Source of the DNA: an uncultured bacterium
Lineage (GTDB): Bacteria; Patescibacteriota; Doudnabacteria; UBA920
DNA length: 64,000 nt
Direction: 5' to 3'
NCBI GenBank assembly: GCA_963749445.1
Contig: CAVVMJ010000003.1
Location: 715-64,714, forward strand
The notes under the pieces are model-generated. The model had not been told where the DNA came from. It searched no databases and was given only the letters and a program-made list of their open reading frames with translations. How positions within the stretch are numbered: position 1 is the stretch's first letter; the number at the start of each line of letters is the position of its first letter. The translations under genes and the position numbers were made by a program. Of the stretch, positions 8,778-18,649 are shown piece after piece.

Positions 8778-10664
8778 TTATTTTGGAACCTCTTTATAAT
8801 CCGCGTCCACGGTGCCTTTATCGGCTCCGGGCTGATTATTATCCGGCGACGGATTCGCGCCCGGCTGGCTTCCCACTTCACCCTTCCCACTTCCCCCTTG
8901 CCCCTCGTACATCGCCGCCCCCACCTTTTGGATGGCGGACGACAATTCATCAACCGCTTTTTTTATGGCATCCACGTCGTCCTTGTCTTTTATCGCTTTT
9001 AACGCGGCGATTTTGTCTTCAACCGTTTTTTTATCTTCGGCCTTTGCTTTATCGCCCGCGTCTTTAATTGTCTTTTCGGATACGCTGATGAGAGTATCAG
9101 CTTGGTTTCTCATATCCACGGTTTCCTTGCGCTTCCTGTCCTCGGACGCGTGCGCTTCGGCTTCCTTTTTCATCCTTTCCACATCGTCCTTGCTCAAATT
9201 GGAAGACCCCTGAATGGTAATGTGCTGCTCTTTGTTCGTGGCTTTGTCCTTGGCTTTGACTGTTAAAATTCCGTTGGCGTCAATGTCAAACGTCACTTCT
9301 ATTTGCGGGATGCCGCGCGGCGCCGGCGGAATGCCGTCCAAAATAAACTGGCCCAAAGATTTGTTGTCGCGCGCGAATTCCCGCTCGCCCTGCAGCACGT
9401 GGACTTCCACCGAAGTTTGGTTGTCGCCGGCCGTGGAAAATGTTTGTGACTTTGATGTTGGGATGGTGGTGTTACGATCGATGAGAGGCGTGCGAACTCC
9501 GCCCAAAGTTTCCAGACCCAAAGTCAAAGGCGTAACATCCAGCAGTAAAATTTCCTTGCCTGCCACGTCGCCGCCCAAAATTCCGGCCTGGATGGCCGCG
9601 CCCTTGGCCACGGCTTCCATGGGGTCAATGCCGCCCTCCACCTGTTTGCCAATGTAATCTTCCACAAACTTTTTTACGCTCGGCATCCGCGTGGGCCCGC
9701 CGATTAAAATAATTTTATCGATGTTGGCCGGGGTCAATTTGGCGTCTGAAATGGCCTGCTCCACCGGCCTGCGCATCCGCTCAATGAGCGGCTTAATCAA
9801 TTCTTCCAGTTTGGCGCGCGTGATTTTTATTTGGAGATGTTTGGGCCCGTTTTGGTCAGCCGTGATGAACGGCAAGTTAATGTCGGTTTCCATTGTGGTG
9901 GAAAGTTCAATTTTGGCTTTTTCCGCCGCTTCCCGCACGCGGTTCATGGCCATTTTGTCGTTGTTCAAGTCCACACCGCTGGAATTCTTAAAATCGCCGA
10001 CGATATAATCTATCAGCACTTTGTCCATGTCCTTGCCGCCGAGCTGCGTATCGCCGCTCGTAGACTTGACTTCAAACGTGGCCTGGTTGTCCACTTCGCT
10101 AAAATCCATAATCGTTACGTCCAAAGTGCCGCCGCCCAAATCAAACACCAAAATTTTCTGATCCCGGGCCGTGCCTTTGTCCAAACCGTACGCGAACGCC
10201 GCGGCCGTGGGCTCGTTGATTACGCGCACCACTTCCAGTCCCGCGATTTCGCCCGCGTTTTTGGTGGCCTGCCTTTGCGCGTCGTCAAAATACGCCGGCA
10301 CGGTAATGACCGCCTTAGCCACCGGCTCGCCCAAAAACGTTTCCGCGTCTTTTTTGATTTTTTGGAGGATGAAAGCGGAAATTTGCTCCGGCGTGTAATC
10401 TTTGCCGTTAACGTGATATTTAAAACTGGTCCCCATTTTGCGCTTGGCCTCAAACACCGTGCCCTCCGGATTAGTCACGGCCTGTCTGCGCGCCGGCTCA
10501 CCCACTAACAATTGGCCTTCCTTGGTGAAAGCTACGTAAGACGGAAAAGCCTTCCCGCCCAAACTCGCGCCCTCGGCCGAAGGAATAATCACCGGCTTCC
10601 CCGCCTCCATAACACTCGCGGCAGAGTTTGATGTTCCTAAGTCTATCCCTATAATTTTTGACAT
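8778..10664 (-). CDS. dnaK: molecular chaperone DnaK (Hsp70)
   Basis: [18 protein letters not shown] and [11 protein letters not shown] signatures; full-length 628 aa. Confidence 0.97.
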   Translation of the reverse strand: MSKIIGIDLGTSNSAASVMEAGKPVIIPSAEGASLGGKAFPSYVAFTKEGQLLVGEPARRQAVTNPEGTVFEAKRKMGTSFKYHVNGKDYTPEQISAFILQKIKKDAETFLGEPVAKAVITVPAYFDDAQRQATKNAGEIAGLEVVRVINEPTAAAFAYGLDKGTARDQKILVFDLGGGTLDVTIMDFSEVDNQATFEVKSTSGDTQLGGKDMDKVLIDYIVGDFKNSSGVDLNNDKMAMNRVREAAEKAKIELSTTMETDINLPFITADQNGPKHLQIKITRAKLEELIKPLIERMRRPVEQAISDAKLTPANIDKIILIGGPTRMPSVKKFVEDYIGKQVEGGIDPMEAVAKGAAIQAGILGGDVAGKEILLLDVTPLTLGLETLGGVRTPLIDRNTTIPTSKSQTFSTAGDNQTSVEVHVLQGEREFARDNKSLGQFILDGIPPAPRGIPQIEVTFDIDANGILTVKAKDKATNKEQHITIQGSSNLSKDDVERMKKEAEAHASEDRKRKETVDMRNQADTLISVSEKTIKDAGDKAKAEDKKTVEDKIAALKAIKDKDDVDAIKKAVDELSSAIQKVGAAMYEGQGGSGKGEVGSQPGANPSPDNNQPGADKGTVDADYKEVPK

Positions 10665-10688
10665 ATATTTTTTTCCTTTACTTTTATA

Positions 10689-10874
10689 TTAATCTTCAAA
10701 CCGCAAATTTTTATCAAATTCCTCAAATGCTCTATTGGCATCTTCATAAGCTTTTTCCAAGTCATCGAGTTGTTTAAATTCTAAAATCGTATTACTAAAA
10801 ATGTATTTTTTTAAATTCTCACAAGTTTCAAACAAATTTTTAAGTGCTTTTTTATATTCCTCGGTTAATTTCAT
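10689..10874 (-). CDS. hypothetical small protein
   Basis: 61-aa helical, charged ORF in an AT-rich tract. No family recognised. Confidence 0.2.
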   Translation of the reverse strand: MKLTEEYKKALKNLFETCENLKKYIFSNTILEFKQLDDLEKAYEDANRAFEEFDKNLRFED

Positions 10875-10930
10875 ATATTATCCTTTCTATAAATAAAATA
10901 TTTTTAAAAATAAATTTCTAAATTTAATAA

Positions 10931-11167
10931 TTATTTATTCTCCAATTCTTTTATTCTTTTTTCTAAATCCTCAATCCTAACTTCTAACATAATAGAATCC
11001 ATGAATGACCAAATAGTTTCTAGTACAAGTATAAAGATAAAAATCCATAGCGTTGTTAATTGGCTTGCAAGCCCGTGAGAGGAACTAATAACAATAAAGA
11101 TAATCCCAAAAACTACTGCTGTAACAACTCCTTTAACTATAAGTTCTTCTCTAATTTTTTTCCACAT
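10931..11167 (-). CDS. hypothetical small membrane protein
   Basis: 78 aa with two TM helices and a C-terminal coiled-coil tail. Confidence 0.25.
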   Translation of the reverse strand: MWKKIREELIVKGVVTAVVFGIIFIVISSSHGLASQLTTLWIFIFILVLETIWSFMDSIMLEVRIEDLEKRIKELENK

Positions 11168-11188
11168 AAATTTATAACTTAATTATTT

Positions 11189-11302
11189 GTCATTCCCGCG
11201 AAGGCGAGAATCATTTAATTTGTCATTGCGAGTGCAGCCGAAGCAATCTTTTTATAGATTGCCGCGTCGGCCAGATAAAGCCCTGGCCTCCTCGCAATGA
11301 CA
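11189..11302. repeat. palindromic MITE-like repeat, family A (1.5 copies)
   Basis: gtcattcccgcgaaggcgagaatca followed by gtcattgcgagtgcagccgaagcaatc...gattgccgcgtcggcc...ggcctcctcgcaatgac. Near-identical copies at 11667-11753 and inverted at 55877-55963, with a partial copy at 24715-24770. Confidence 0.8.
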
Positions 11303-11357
11303 CAAAAAAGTAGATTCAGCGTCCATTCAGCGTACCTATCAGCGACAAATCAGCGGC

Positions 11358-11651
11358 CTACAATAGCTCTACATCAAGTTCCTTAAACTGATTCAGCGTC
11401 ATTCCCACGACTTTTTTGCTGGCAAGCAGCTTTTTTGACGTTAAAAAGTGCTCCCGGTTGTCGTCTTTTAACCGCACAAAGACATTGCCTTCGCTGGCGT
11501 CGGACAGGCGTTTCATGTGCAGGATGATTTTGTGCTTGTTTAGGGCTTTGCCCGTGATTTCGCAATCGTCGCCGTCCAAAATTTTAATTTTTTTGTCCTT
11601 TTCCTCGTTCTCCATTATCTCCCCGACTTCAAAAATGTCTTGTATAGTCAT
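11358..11651 (-). CDS. hypothetical protein flanked by family A repeats
   Basis: 97-aa ORF with no recognisable family, bracketed by direct copies of repeat A. Confidence 0.3.
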   Translation of the reverse strand: MTIQDIFEVGEIMENEEKDKKIKILDGDDCEITGKALNKHKIILHMKRLSDASEGNVFVRLKDDNREHFLTSKKLLASKKVVGMTLNQFKELDVELL

Positions 11652-11666
11652 TTGTTCCTTTTTTCT

Positions 11667-11753
11667 GTCATTGCGAGTGCAGCCGAAGCAATCTTTATCT
11701 TAGGATGAGATTGCCGCGTCGGCCGGATAAAGCCCCGGCCTCCTCACAATGAC
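11667..11753. repeat. palindromic MITE-like repeat, family A
   Basis: Same sequence as 11223-11301, in direct orientation. Confidence 0.8.
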
Positions 11754-11758
11754 ACTTA

Positions 11759-12445
11759 TTATTCTAATTTTTTCTTGCTAATAACAACCTGTGAAGGCCG
11801 AATGACCTTACCATTTAATTCAAACCCGGTTTGGACTTCCTCTATAATAATCCCGTCGTCCTGGTCGCTTTCCGTTTCGCGGATGGCTTCGTGGAAGTTT
11901 GGGTCGAATTTTTTGCCGATGGCTTCTATTTTCCTGACGCCCAGTTCCCCAAGCGCTTTGTCCAGCTGCATAACTATACCGTCTACGCCCATTTGCCAGT
12001 TGGCGTATTTTTTCCTGAATTCCTCTGCTCTAACCCCCTCCCCGCCCTGCGGGCGGTACTCCCCCTCAGCAAGGGGGAGAGGCTCCGCACTTATCTCTGC
12101 ATTTTCCGCGGAGCTCCCCTCCTTTTCAAGGAGGGGTGTCCCGCCTTGGCGGGACGGGGTGGTTGGAGTATATTCAGGCAGATGTTTAAGCGCCTGCTCC
12201 AGCGAATCAATCGTGGGCAACAATTTTACCACCGTAACTTCCTTGGCAAATTCCAAAAGTTCCCTGTTTTCCGCTTCCTTGCGGCGCTTATAGTTTTCAA
12301 AATCCGCGGCCGCGCGCTTCCAGCCGTTCATGGCCGAATCCAAATCGGTTTGGAGTTTTTCCAAAGTTATGTTGCCGTTTTGACTGTCATCGGCCGGCTG
12401 ATGGTTATCGGTTTGCTGGTTTTCTTCTGACATAATTGGAAACAA
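11759..12445 (-). CDS. grpE: nucleotide exchange factor GrpE (with an internal GC-rich palindromic insertion)
   Basis: GrpE N-terminal helix WKRAAADFENYKRRKEAE and C-terminal domain. A ~145-bp GC-rich multi-hairpin insertion at 12030-12175 stays in frame (PSRQGGTPLLEKEGSSAENAEISAEPLPLAEGEYRPQGGEG). Confidence 0.85.
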   Translation of the reverse strand: MFPIMSEENQQTDNHQPADDSQNGNITLEKLQTDLDSAMNGWKRAAADFENYKRRKEAENRELLEFAKEVTVVKLLPTIDSLEQALKHLPEYTPTTPSRQGGTPLLEKEGSSAENAEISAEPLPLAEGEYRPQGGEGVRAEEFRKKYANWQMGVDGIVMQLDKALGELGVRKIEAIGKKFDPNFHEAIRETESDQDDGIIIEEVQTGFELNGKVIRPSQVVISKKKLE

Positions 12446-12494
12446 TTACGCATTGCGGATTGCGGATTGCGAATTCGTAATGCGAAATCCGTAG

Positions 12495-13250
12495 TTATCT
12501 AATAATAAAAAGTAGCGCTATTGCCGCTCCGCCGCCCAATAATTTGCTGATATACTCCATTAACGATAAGTTCTTTTCGTACTTCATGGACTTCGGGCCG
12601 ATTAACCCAATCACTCCCCTTTTACCGCTGGGCAATTTGAGGCCGCTGACAATCATAGAATAGTCGGAATTTTTTGACAGCTTAAGCTCTTTGCCAATAA
12701 ACGTTTCCGGTTTGGTGGATGAGGAATAATCCTGCATCATTTTTTCCGCGTACTGGTCAATGTTGTCAAAAAACTGCGCGATTTCCTTGGCGTCTTCGGC
12801 CGCCAAAGCGGGGTTGTCCACGATATTGGACAAGCCGGTGGTGGAGGTTTCTTCCGGGAACAGGGCAAAACTGGCTTGTTGGGAATGATCTGATAATAGT
12901 TTGGCAATCCGGCGTCCCATTTCCGAATGCGCGATTTGTAGCTTAAACAATTCCCGCTTCAGCGCCTCCTGCTCTTTTAAAGTCAGGCGCACGCGGTCCA
13001 TAAGTTCGTTTACAAAAAACCGGAAGCCCTTGTCCGTAGGCACGCGGCCGGAGGAGGTGTACGGCTGGGCAATAAAACCCAACTTTTCCAAAACCTGCAT
13101 TTCGTTGCGGATGGTAGCCGGGCTGACGTCAAAGTTATACTTGCCCGCCAAATCCTGGCTGGCCACGGGCTGGCAATTGTCGCAGTTTTCCTTGACAATG
13201 GCCGCGAGAATTCTGGCTTGGCGAGGATTAATATCGCTATTTTCCGTCAT
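12495..13250 (-). CDS. hrcA: heat-inducible transcription repressor HrcA
   Basis: Winged-helix N-terminus with SPATIRNEMQVLEKLGF...SSGRVPTDKG, C-terminal GVIGLIGPKSMKYEKNLSLMEYISKLL, and a CIRCE element upstream. Confidence 0.85.
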   Translation of the reverse strand: MTENSDINPRQARILAAIVKENCDNCQPVASQDLAGKYNFDVSPATIRNEMQVLEKLGFIAQPYTSSGRVPTDKGFRFFVNELMDRVRLTLKEQEALKRELFKLQIAHSEMGRRIAKLLSDHSQQASFALFPEETSTTGLSNIVDNPALAAEDAKEIAQFFDNIDQYAEKMMQDYSSSTKPETFIGKELKLSKNSDYSMIVSGLKLPSGKRGVIGLIGPKSMKYEKNLSLMEYISKLLGGGAAIALLFIIR

Positions 13251-13320
13251 AAAATTTATAGATTATTCCTTTTATCTGCGCCATCTGTTTTCATCCGCGT
13301 ATCTGTGATTAATAATACTA

Positions 13321-13347
13321 TTAGCACTCTAACCTGTCAAGTGATAA
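13321..13347. promoter_or_regulatory. CIRCE-like inverted repeat (HrcA operator)
   Basis: TTAGCACTC-N9-aAGTGaTAA against consensus TTAGCACTC-N9-GAGTGCTAA, ~70 bp upstream of hrcA. Confidence 0.6.
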
Positions 13348-13422
13348 TCCAACTAATTTATTACTAGTCCTATTTGTGGATAATTATGGCAAAATAACAA
13401 AAATCCCCAATAAATAAAGGTG

Positions 13423-13451
13423 TTGACACTGGGTGAACGATTGTATACTAT
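13423..13451 (+). promoter_or_regulatory. sigma70-like promoter (TTGACA-N17-TACTAT)
   Basis: Upstream of the ORF6N gene. The same ~28-bp module recurs on the minus strand at 23817-23845, upstream of the R-M methyltransferase. Confidence 0.5.
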
Positions 13452-13489
13452 ATTAATACGATTAATTAATAACCCCAAAAAGGAGGCAT

Positions 13490-14026
13490 ATGGACAAAAC
13501 AAAATTAAATCAAATTACCAATATACTGCCGGTTTCCCCTAACTTTATTGAACGGCGGATTTACTCTATACGCGACCGGCAAGTTATGCTGGACAGCGAT
13601 TTGGCGGATTTGTATCAAGTAAAAACAAAAAACCTTAACAAAGCCATTAAGCGCAACCCGGATCGGTTTCCTCAAGATTTCATGTTTCAGCTCACTAAAA
13701 AAGAAGCGGGTAACTTGAGGTTCCAATTTGGAACCTCAAGTTACGGCGGCAGGCGTTATTTACCCTATGCTTTTAGCGAGTACGGAGTGGTTATGTTGTC
13801 TTCGGTTTTAAATAGCCATCGGGCCATACAAATGAACATCGCGATAGTCAGAGCCTTTATCAAACTTCGGGAAATGCTTGAGGAATATAAAGGCTTATCC
13901 AAACAAGTCGCCAAAATTAAAGGCGTCCAGGATTTACATACCAAAGTGTTGGTAAAAGTCGTAAAAAATTTAAAAAGAATCAGTACTCCCGTAAGCACCA
14001 CCGCGATTGGCTTTAGGGTTAATTAA
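13490..14026 (+). CDS. ORF6N-domain protein (phage antirepressor-like)
   Basis: IRDRQVMLDSDLADLYQVKTKNLNKAIKRNPDRFPQDFMFQLT matches the ORF6N signature. Confidence 0.7.
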   Translation: MDKTKLNQITNILPVSPNFIERRIYSIRDRQVMLDSDLADLYQVKTKNLNKAIKRNPDRFPQDFMFQLTKKEAGNLRFQFGTSSYGGRRYLPYAFSEYGVVMLSSVLNSHRAIQMNIAIVRAFIKLREMLEEYKGLSKQVAKIKGVQDLHTKVLVKVVKNLKRISTPVSTTAIGFRVN

Positions 14027-14037
14027 AAATAAAAAAT

Positions 14038-15222
14038 ATGAAAACCAAACACATTCTATTTGCGGCGATGGTAATTTTTGCCGCGCCAATGGTTAGCCAG
14101 GCCGCTGCCGCGCATAGTTCCCGCGTCTGCTCTGTGGCCAAAAAGACCGGACTGGCCAGCTGCAACGCCCATGTAGTGACGGACAATAAGGGGAAATTTT
14201 TGGTCAGCGCATCGCCGCAGGGTTTTAGCCCGACGCAACTGCGGAGCGCTTATGGTCTTTCCGGAAAAGCCAATAAAAATCCCATAGTCGCCATTGTGGA
14301 TGCTTACGATGACCCAACGCTAAAAAATGACCTGGATGTTTATAGCCGGCAGTTTGGCTTGCCGGTGTTGGCCGATTGCAAAACTGCCGTCGTCAAATCG
14401 CCAATCCCCTGCTTCCAAAAACTCAGCCAGCGGGGAACATCCGCTTTACCAAAACCAAACGGCGGTTGGGCGATGGAAATTGCGCTGGATGTGGAAACCG
14501 TGCATGCTGCGTGCGAAAACTGCTCTATATTATTGGTGGAAGCGACTTCGCCGAATATGAATAATTTGATGCTGGCCGTGGATACCGCAGTCAGAGCCGG
14601 CGCCGTTGCGGTTTCCAATTCTTACGGCGGTCCGGAATTCGCGCAGGAAACGCAATTTGACAGCCATTTCAATCACCCGGGCGTGGCTTTTACCGTCTCT
14701 TCCGGCGATAGCGGCTATGGCGTGGAATATCCCGCAGCTTCACCTTATGTTACGGCTGTGGGCGGTACTTCCCTATATTTAGGCGCTGATGGAAAATACA
14801 AAAACGAAGACGCCTGGAGCGGCGCCGGTTCGGGATGTTCGCAGTTTGAATCAAAACCCGCTTGGCAGACAGACGCGAAGTGTCCCGGACGGACGGTAGC
14901 CGATGTTTCAGCCGTGGCCGACCCCCAAACCGGCATAGCCATATACACTACCACCAGCACCAAAAACCAAAAAGGCTGGTTTACCGCGGGCGGTACATCT
15001 CTATCCGCGCCGCTCATTGCCGCAGTCTACGCGCTGGCCGGAAATTTACCCGCTGATAAAAACGCCAACAGCCTGCCCTACAGCTTAGGGTCAAAATCCA
15101 ATTTACACGATGTTGTCGGCGGCTCAAACGGGAACTGTAGTCCGGCGTATTTATGCACGGGCAAAACCAAATACGACGGCCCCACCGGCCTGGGCAGTCC
15201 CAAAGGTACGGGCGCGTTTTGA
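14038..15222 (+). CDS. secreted sedolisin-like (S53) serine peptidase
   Basis: Signal peptide; AIVDAYDDPTLKNDLDVYSRQFGLP, EIALDVE, SSGDSGYG and GGTSLSAPLIAAV motifs (Ser-Glu-Asp triad arrangement). Confidence 0.7.
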   Translation: MKTKHILFAAMVIFAAPMVSQAAAAHSSRVCSVAKKTGLASCNAHVVTDNKGKFLVSASPQGFSPTQLRSAYGLSGKANKNPIVAIVDAYDDPTLKNDLDVYSRQFGLPVLADCKTAVVKSPIPCFQKLSQRGTSALPKPNGGWAMEIALDVETVHAACENCSILLVEATSPNMNNLMLAVDTAVRAGAVAVSNSYGGPEFAQETQFDSHFNHPGVAFTVSSGDSGYGVEYPAASPYVTAVGGTSLYLGADGKYKNEDAWSGAGSGCSQFESKPAWQTDAKCPGRTVADVSAVADPQTGIAIYTTTSTKNQKGWFTAGGTSLSAPLIAAVYALAGNLPADKNANSLPYSLGSKSNLHDVVGGSNGNCSPAYLCTGKTKYDGPTGLGSPKGTGAF

Positions 15223-15233
15223 CTTTTTTCCTA

Positions 15234-15622
15234 TGATTAAAAAATTCTTAGAATGGATAAAATTAAAACAACGGCTCCATAATATCTCCGCTCAGCCCCC
15301 TTTAGTCCGCAAACGGGATTTATGGTGGCTAAGCTTGGGAGAAAACGTCGGGTCGGAAATGAATGGGAAAAGCGGACTATTTTCTAGGCCGGCGCTGATT
15401 CTAAAAAAGCTGGCGCATGGGTTTTTTCTGGTTGCCCCAACCACAACAAAAATCCACGAAGGCACTTGGTATGTAAAAATAAACTACGCGGGCAAAGACA
15501 TGTGGATTTGCCTTCATCAAATCAGGACAGTAGATTATCGCCGCCTGTCGAGCCAGCTCGGCCAAATTGGAACAGATGATTTTGAGCAGGTACAAATGGC
15601 TTTTTGGGAACTATACAAATAA
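15234..15622 (+). CDS. MazF/PemK/EndoA-family endoribonuclease toxin (N-terminally extended)
   Basis: DLWWLSLGENVGSEMNGKSGLFSRPALILKK...FLVAPTTTKI...IRTVDYRRL matches the EndoA/MazF pattern. Start taken at ATG 15234; the track ORF 15110 overlaps the peptidase gene. Confidence 0.7.
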
Positions 15623-15796
15623 AATTCCCCCGCTCTTGCGAGCGAGGGCCGTGGCTAATGCCGAATGTATTTATATATTAGCAGATCCAATAAATTTGTC
15701 AAGCCTATCGGATAAATAAAAATTGACACAAATATACCCATTATCTAAAATGACTGTACTCCATTAAAGCCGCCTTAGACGGCTAAAGGTAACCAT

Positions 15797-16198
15797 ATGA
15801 CTAACCCAAAATTCCTCATCGATGATAAAGAACTAAAAAAGAAGCTCACGCCCGAGCAATACCGTATTCTGCGGGAAAAAGGCACCGAGGCGCCTTTTAC
15901 CTCGCCCCTTTTAAATGCGCATGATAAAGGCATGTTTGCCTGCGCCGTTTGCGGCAACCAATTGTTCAGTTCCGATACAAAATTTGATTCCGGCACCGGC
16001 TGGCCGAGTTTTGACGAGGCGCTGCCCGGCGCCGTAGAATTGCGTGATGATTTTGACATGGGCATGCGCCGCACAGAAGTTGTTTGCGCCAACTGCAGCT
16101 CGCATTTAGGGCACGTATTCGATGATGGTCCTGTTGAAACCACCGGAAAAAGATTCTGCATCAACGGCGCGTGTCTGCTGCACCAGCCAAAAAAATAA
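15797..16198 (+). CDS. msrB: peptide-methionine (R)-S-oxide reductase MsrB
   Basis: CAVCGNQLF...GWPSF...CANCSSHLGHVFDDGP...RFCINGACL. Confidence 0.9.
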   Translation: MTNPKFLIDDKELKKKLTPEQYRILREKGTEAPFTSPLLNAHDKGMFACAVCGNQLFSSDTKFDSGTGWPSFDEALPGAVELRDDFDMGMRRTEVVCANCSSHLGHVFDDGPVETTGKRFCINGACLLHQPKK

Positions 16199-16294
16199 AA
16201 AACCTTAAGTCACCCATTCAACAAGCTAAGGCGGTTTTTCAAACTGGGCCAAAATGCTATAATAACCTAAAGAACAAAATAATCAAGAACCATT

Positions 16295-18559
16295 ATGAAA
16301 CCTTCTAAAAACGTCCGCGTAGTTGTCGTAATTTTATCACTCGCGATGACAGTTGCCCTGGCTAGTATGCCGCCAAAAACCAACGCAGCCCAAGCGTGCG
16401 CCACAACACTTTATCCCGGGGACAGCATCCAGGCGGCCGTGGACTGTAACACAGCCGGCACGACTTTTACCTTGACTCCCGGGGTCTACCGCGGACAGTC
16501 CGTCGCGCCAAAAAATAACGACGTGTTTGTGGGCCAGCCCGGCGCGATTTTAAACGGCTCCAAACTCTTAACTAATTTTACCCAACAAAACGGCATGTGG
16601 CTGGCCACGGGCCAAAGCCGGGTCGATCAGCCTCACGGAGATTGCGATGCCACCCATCCGGGCTGCAACTATCCCGAAGACTTATATTTTGACAGCATCC
16701 CCCTGCAACATATGGCCAACTTAAGCGACGTAGCTGCCGGCAAATGGTATTTTGATTACGCGGCGGGAATAGTTTATTTGGGCAATAACCCGGCCGGACA
16801 CACGGTTGAGCTCGGCGCCACAAAGACGGCCTTTGGCGGCGCGGCCACGGGCGTGACCATCCGCAATTTAATAATTGAAAAATACGCCAACAACGCCCAA
16901 ATAGGCGCCGTGGGCGGCGATAAGTGGGGTTCGGACAAGCCGTTCAACTGGACTTTGCAAAACAACGAAATCCGCCTGAACCACGGCGCCGGCATCAGCC
17001 TCTTGGACGGGGCGGAAGTAAACGGCAACTATATTCACGACAACGGCGAAATAGGCTACTCGCTCCAGGGAAAAAATATTGTTTTTGAAAACAACAATCT
17101 GGCCTATAACAACTACGCCGGATTTGATTGCGGCTGGGAATGCGGCGGGGGCAAGGCGGCGTTTACCAATAATCTGACTTTCCGCAATAATTATTCCCAC
17201 GACAATTTCGGACCCGGCTTTTGGACCGACACCGACAATGTTAATACCACGTACAGCGGCAATGTCATAGCCAACAACCAACTGGAAGGCATTGAGTACG
17301 AAATCAGCTTTTCGGGTAAAATTACCAACAACACTTTTTTGAACAACGGAAGCGGCCGGTCGTATGGCGTGCCGTGGGGCACGCAAATCATGCTTTATAA
17401 TTCCCAGAATGTGGAAATTTCGGGCAATACGCTGGTGGTGTCGCCGAGCTTGGGCAACGGCATAGGTTTAATGGATACCCCGCGCGGCTCCTCCGCCACT
17501 TTAGGCGCTTATTTGCTTGCTAACAACAGTATTCACGATAACGACATGACTTACCAAGGATCTTCAGGAATGACAGGAGTCCAAAAAACCGACAGCAACT
17601 TTACCGTCAGCGGGACTATTGATCCCACAAATGTGTTTTATAACAACCATTATCACGCTTCGGACATAACCGCCAACCATTTTTATTGGAACGGCGCCAT
17701 GTCCTTTAGCGCTTTCCAGCAAAAGGGGCAGGAAACCCACGGCACTATGGATACAACCATTTCCGCGCACCCGTTGGTCATTCCCACCGGAGTCAGCAAT
17801 AACCCCACAGCCGCGGGCGCTGTTGCCGCGGTTCCCGTTGCGCCCCGCGCCGGCCAGCTGATTAACATTAACGGAACGGTCTACCTTGTTGCCAACACCG
17901 GCCTCTATGGTTTTCCCGATGCCGCGACTTTTTATTCCTGGGGGTATAAGTTTACCGATATTGTTACGGCCAACAGCGCGGAAACGGCTTTAAGTATGAT
18001 CGGATTAGTGCCAACCGAACAAGCCGGATGCTCCAGTCCGCTGAATCAGATTAACGGCAGTTGCGGCCAGGCCGGTTCAACCACCACGCCCAGAGTCGGG
18101 CAATTAGTCAACATAGGCAATACTGTCTATCTTGTTGCCAACACCGGCCTGTACGGCTTTCCCGATGCCCCGACATTTTATTCCTGGGGATTTAGCTTTA
18201 GCCAGATAGTGCCTGCCAACAGCGCGGAATCGGCTTTAACCATGATCGGATTAGTGCCAACGGAACAATCCGGATGTTCCAGCCCGATAAATCAAATAAA
18301 CGGCACCTGCGCTGTTTCTCAGGTCACCGCTAGGCCCGGCCAAATAATAAGCATCAACAAAACCGTTTACCTGGTTTCCAGCACCGGCCTGTACGGCTTT
18401 CCCGATGCCGCAACATTTTACTCCTGGGGCTTTACCTTTGACAATATTGTCGCTGCCAACAGCGCCGAATCCGCTTTGCCAATGATAGGGATAGTCCCAA
18501 CCAAACAAGCCGCCTGCACCCACCCCCTTGACCAAATCAGCGGCTCCTGCGGTTCTTGA
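16295..18559 (+). CDS. secreted right-handed beta-helix (pectin-lyase-fold) repeat protein with a 3x C-terminal ~80-aa repeat
   Basis: Signal peptide; many NNxxxxN beta-helix repeats; three tandem C-terminal repeats (G-Q-L-I/V-N-I-x-x-T-V-Y-L-V...GLYGFPDA.TFYSWG) at ~17830-18540. Confidence 0.55.
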   Translation: MKPSKNVRVVVVILSLAMTVALASMPPKTNAAQACATTLYPGDSIQAAVDCNTAGTTFTLTPGVYRGQSVAPKNNDVFVGQPGAILNGSKLLTNFTQQNGMWLATGQSRVDQPHGDCDATHPGCNYPEDLYFDSIPLQHMANLSDVAAGKWYFDYAAGIVYLGNNPAGHTVELGATKTAFGGAATGVTIRNLIIEKYANNAQIGAVGGDKWGSDKPFNWTLQNNEIRLNHGAGISLLDGAEVNGNYIHDNGEIGYSLQGKNIVFENNNLAYNNYAGFDCGWECGGGKAAFTNNLTFRNNYSHDNFGPGFWTDTDNVNTTYSGNVIANNQLEGIEYEISFSGKITNNTFLNNGSGRSYGVPWGTQIMLYNSQNVEISGNTLVVSPSLGNGIGLMDTPRGSSATLGAYLLANNSIHDNDMTYQGSSGMTGVQKTDSNFTVSGTIDPTNVFYNNHYHASDITANHFYWNGAMSFSAFQQKGQETHGTMDTTISAHPLVIPTGVSNNPTAAGAVAAVPVAPRAGQLININGTVYLVANTGLYGFPDAATFYSWGYKFTDIVTANSAETALSMIGLVPTEQAGCSSPLNQINGSCGQAGSTTTPRVGQLVNIGNTVYLVANTGLYGFPDAPTFYSWGFSFSQIVPANSAESALTMIGLVPTEQSGCSSPINQINGTCAVSQVTARPGQIISINKTVYLVSSTGLYGFPDAATFYSWGFTFDNIVAANSAESALPMIGIVPTKQAACTHPLDQISGSCGS

Positions 18560-18649
18560 TAAAACGGCTTGCGATAATCACAAAACGGCCATCTTGATTT
18601 ATCAGGATGGCCGTTTATCTTTGATTTGGCATTCTCCTATTCGCGCGAA

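Noticed and set aside
8783-10508. Antisense and alternative-frame ORFs inside dnaK (e.g. 9831..10508, 225 aa)
   Set aside because: Fully contained in dnaK; no protein-like features.
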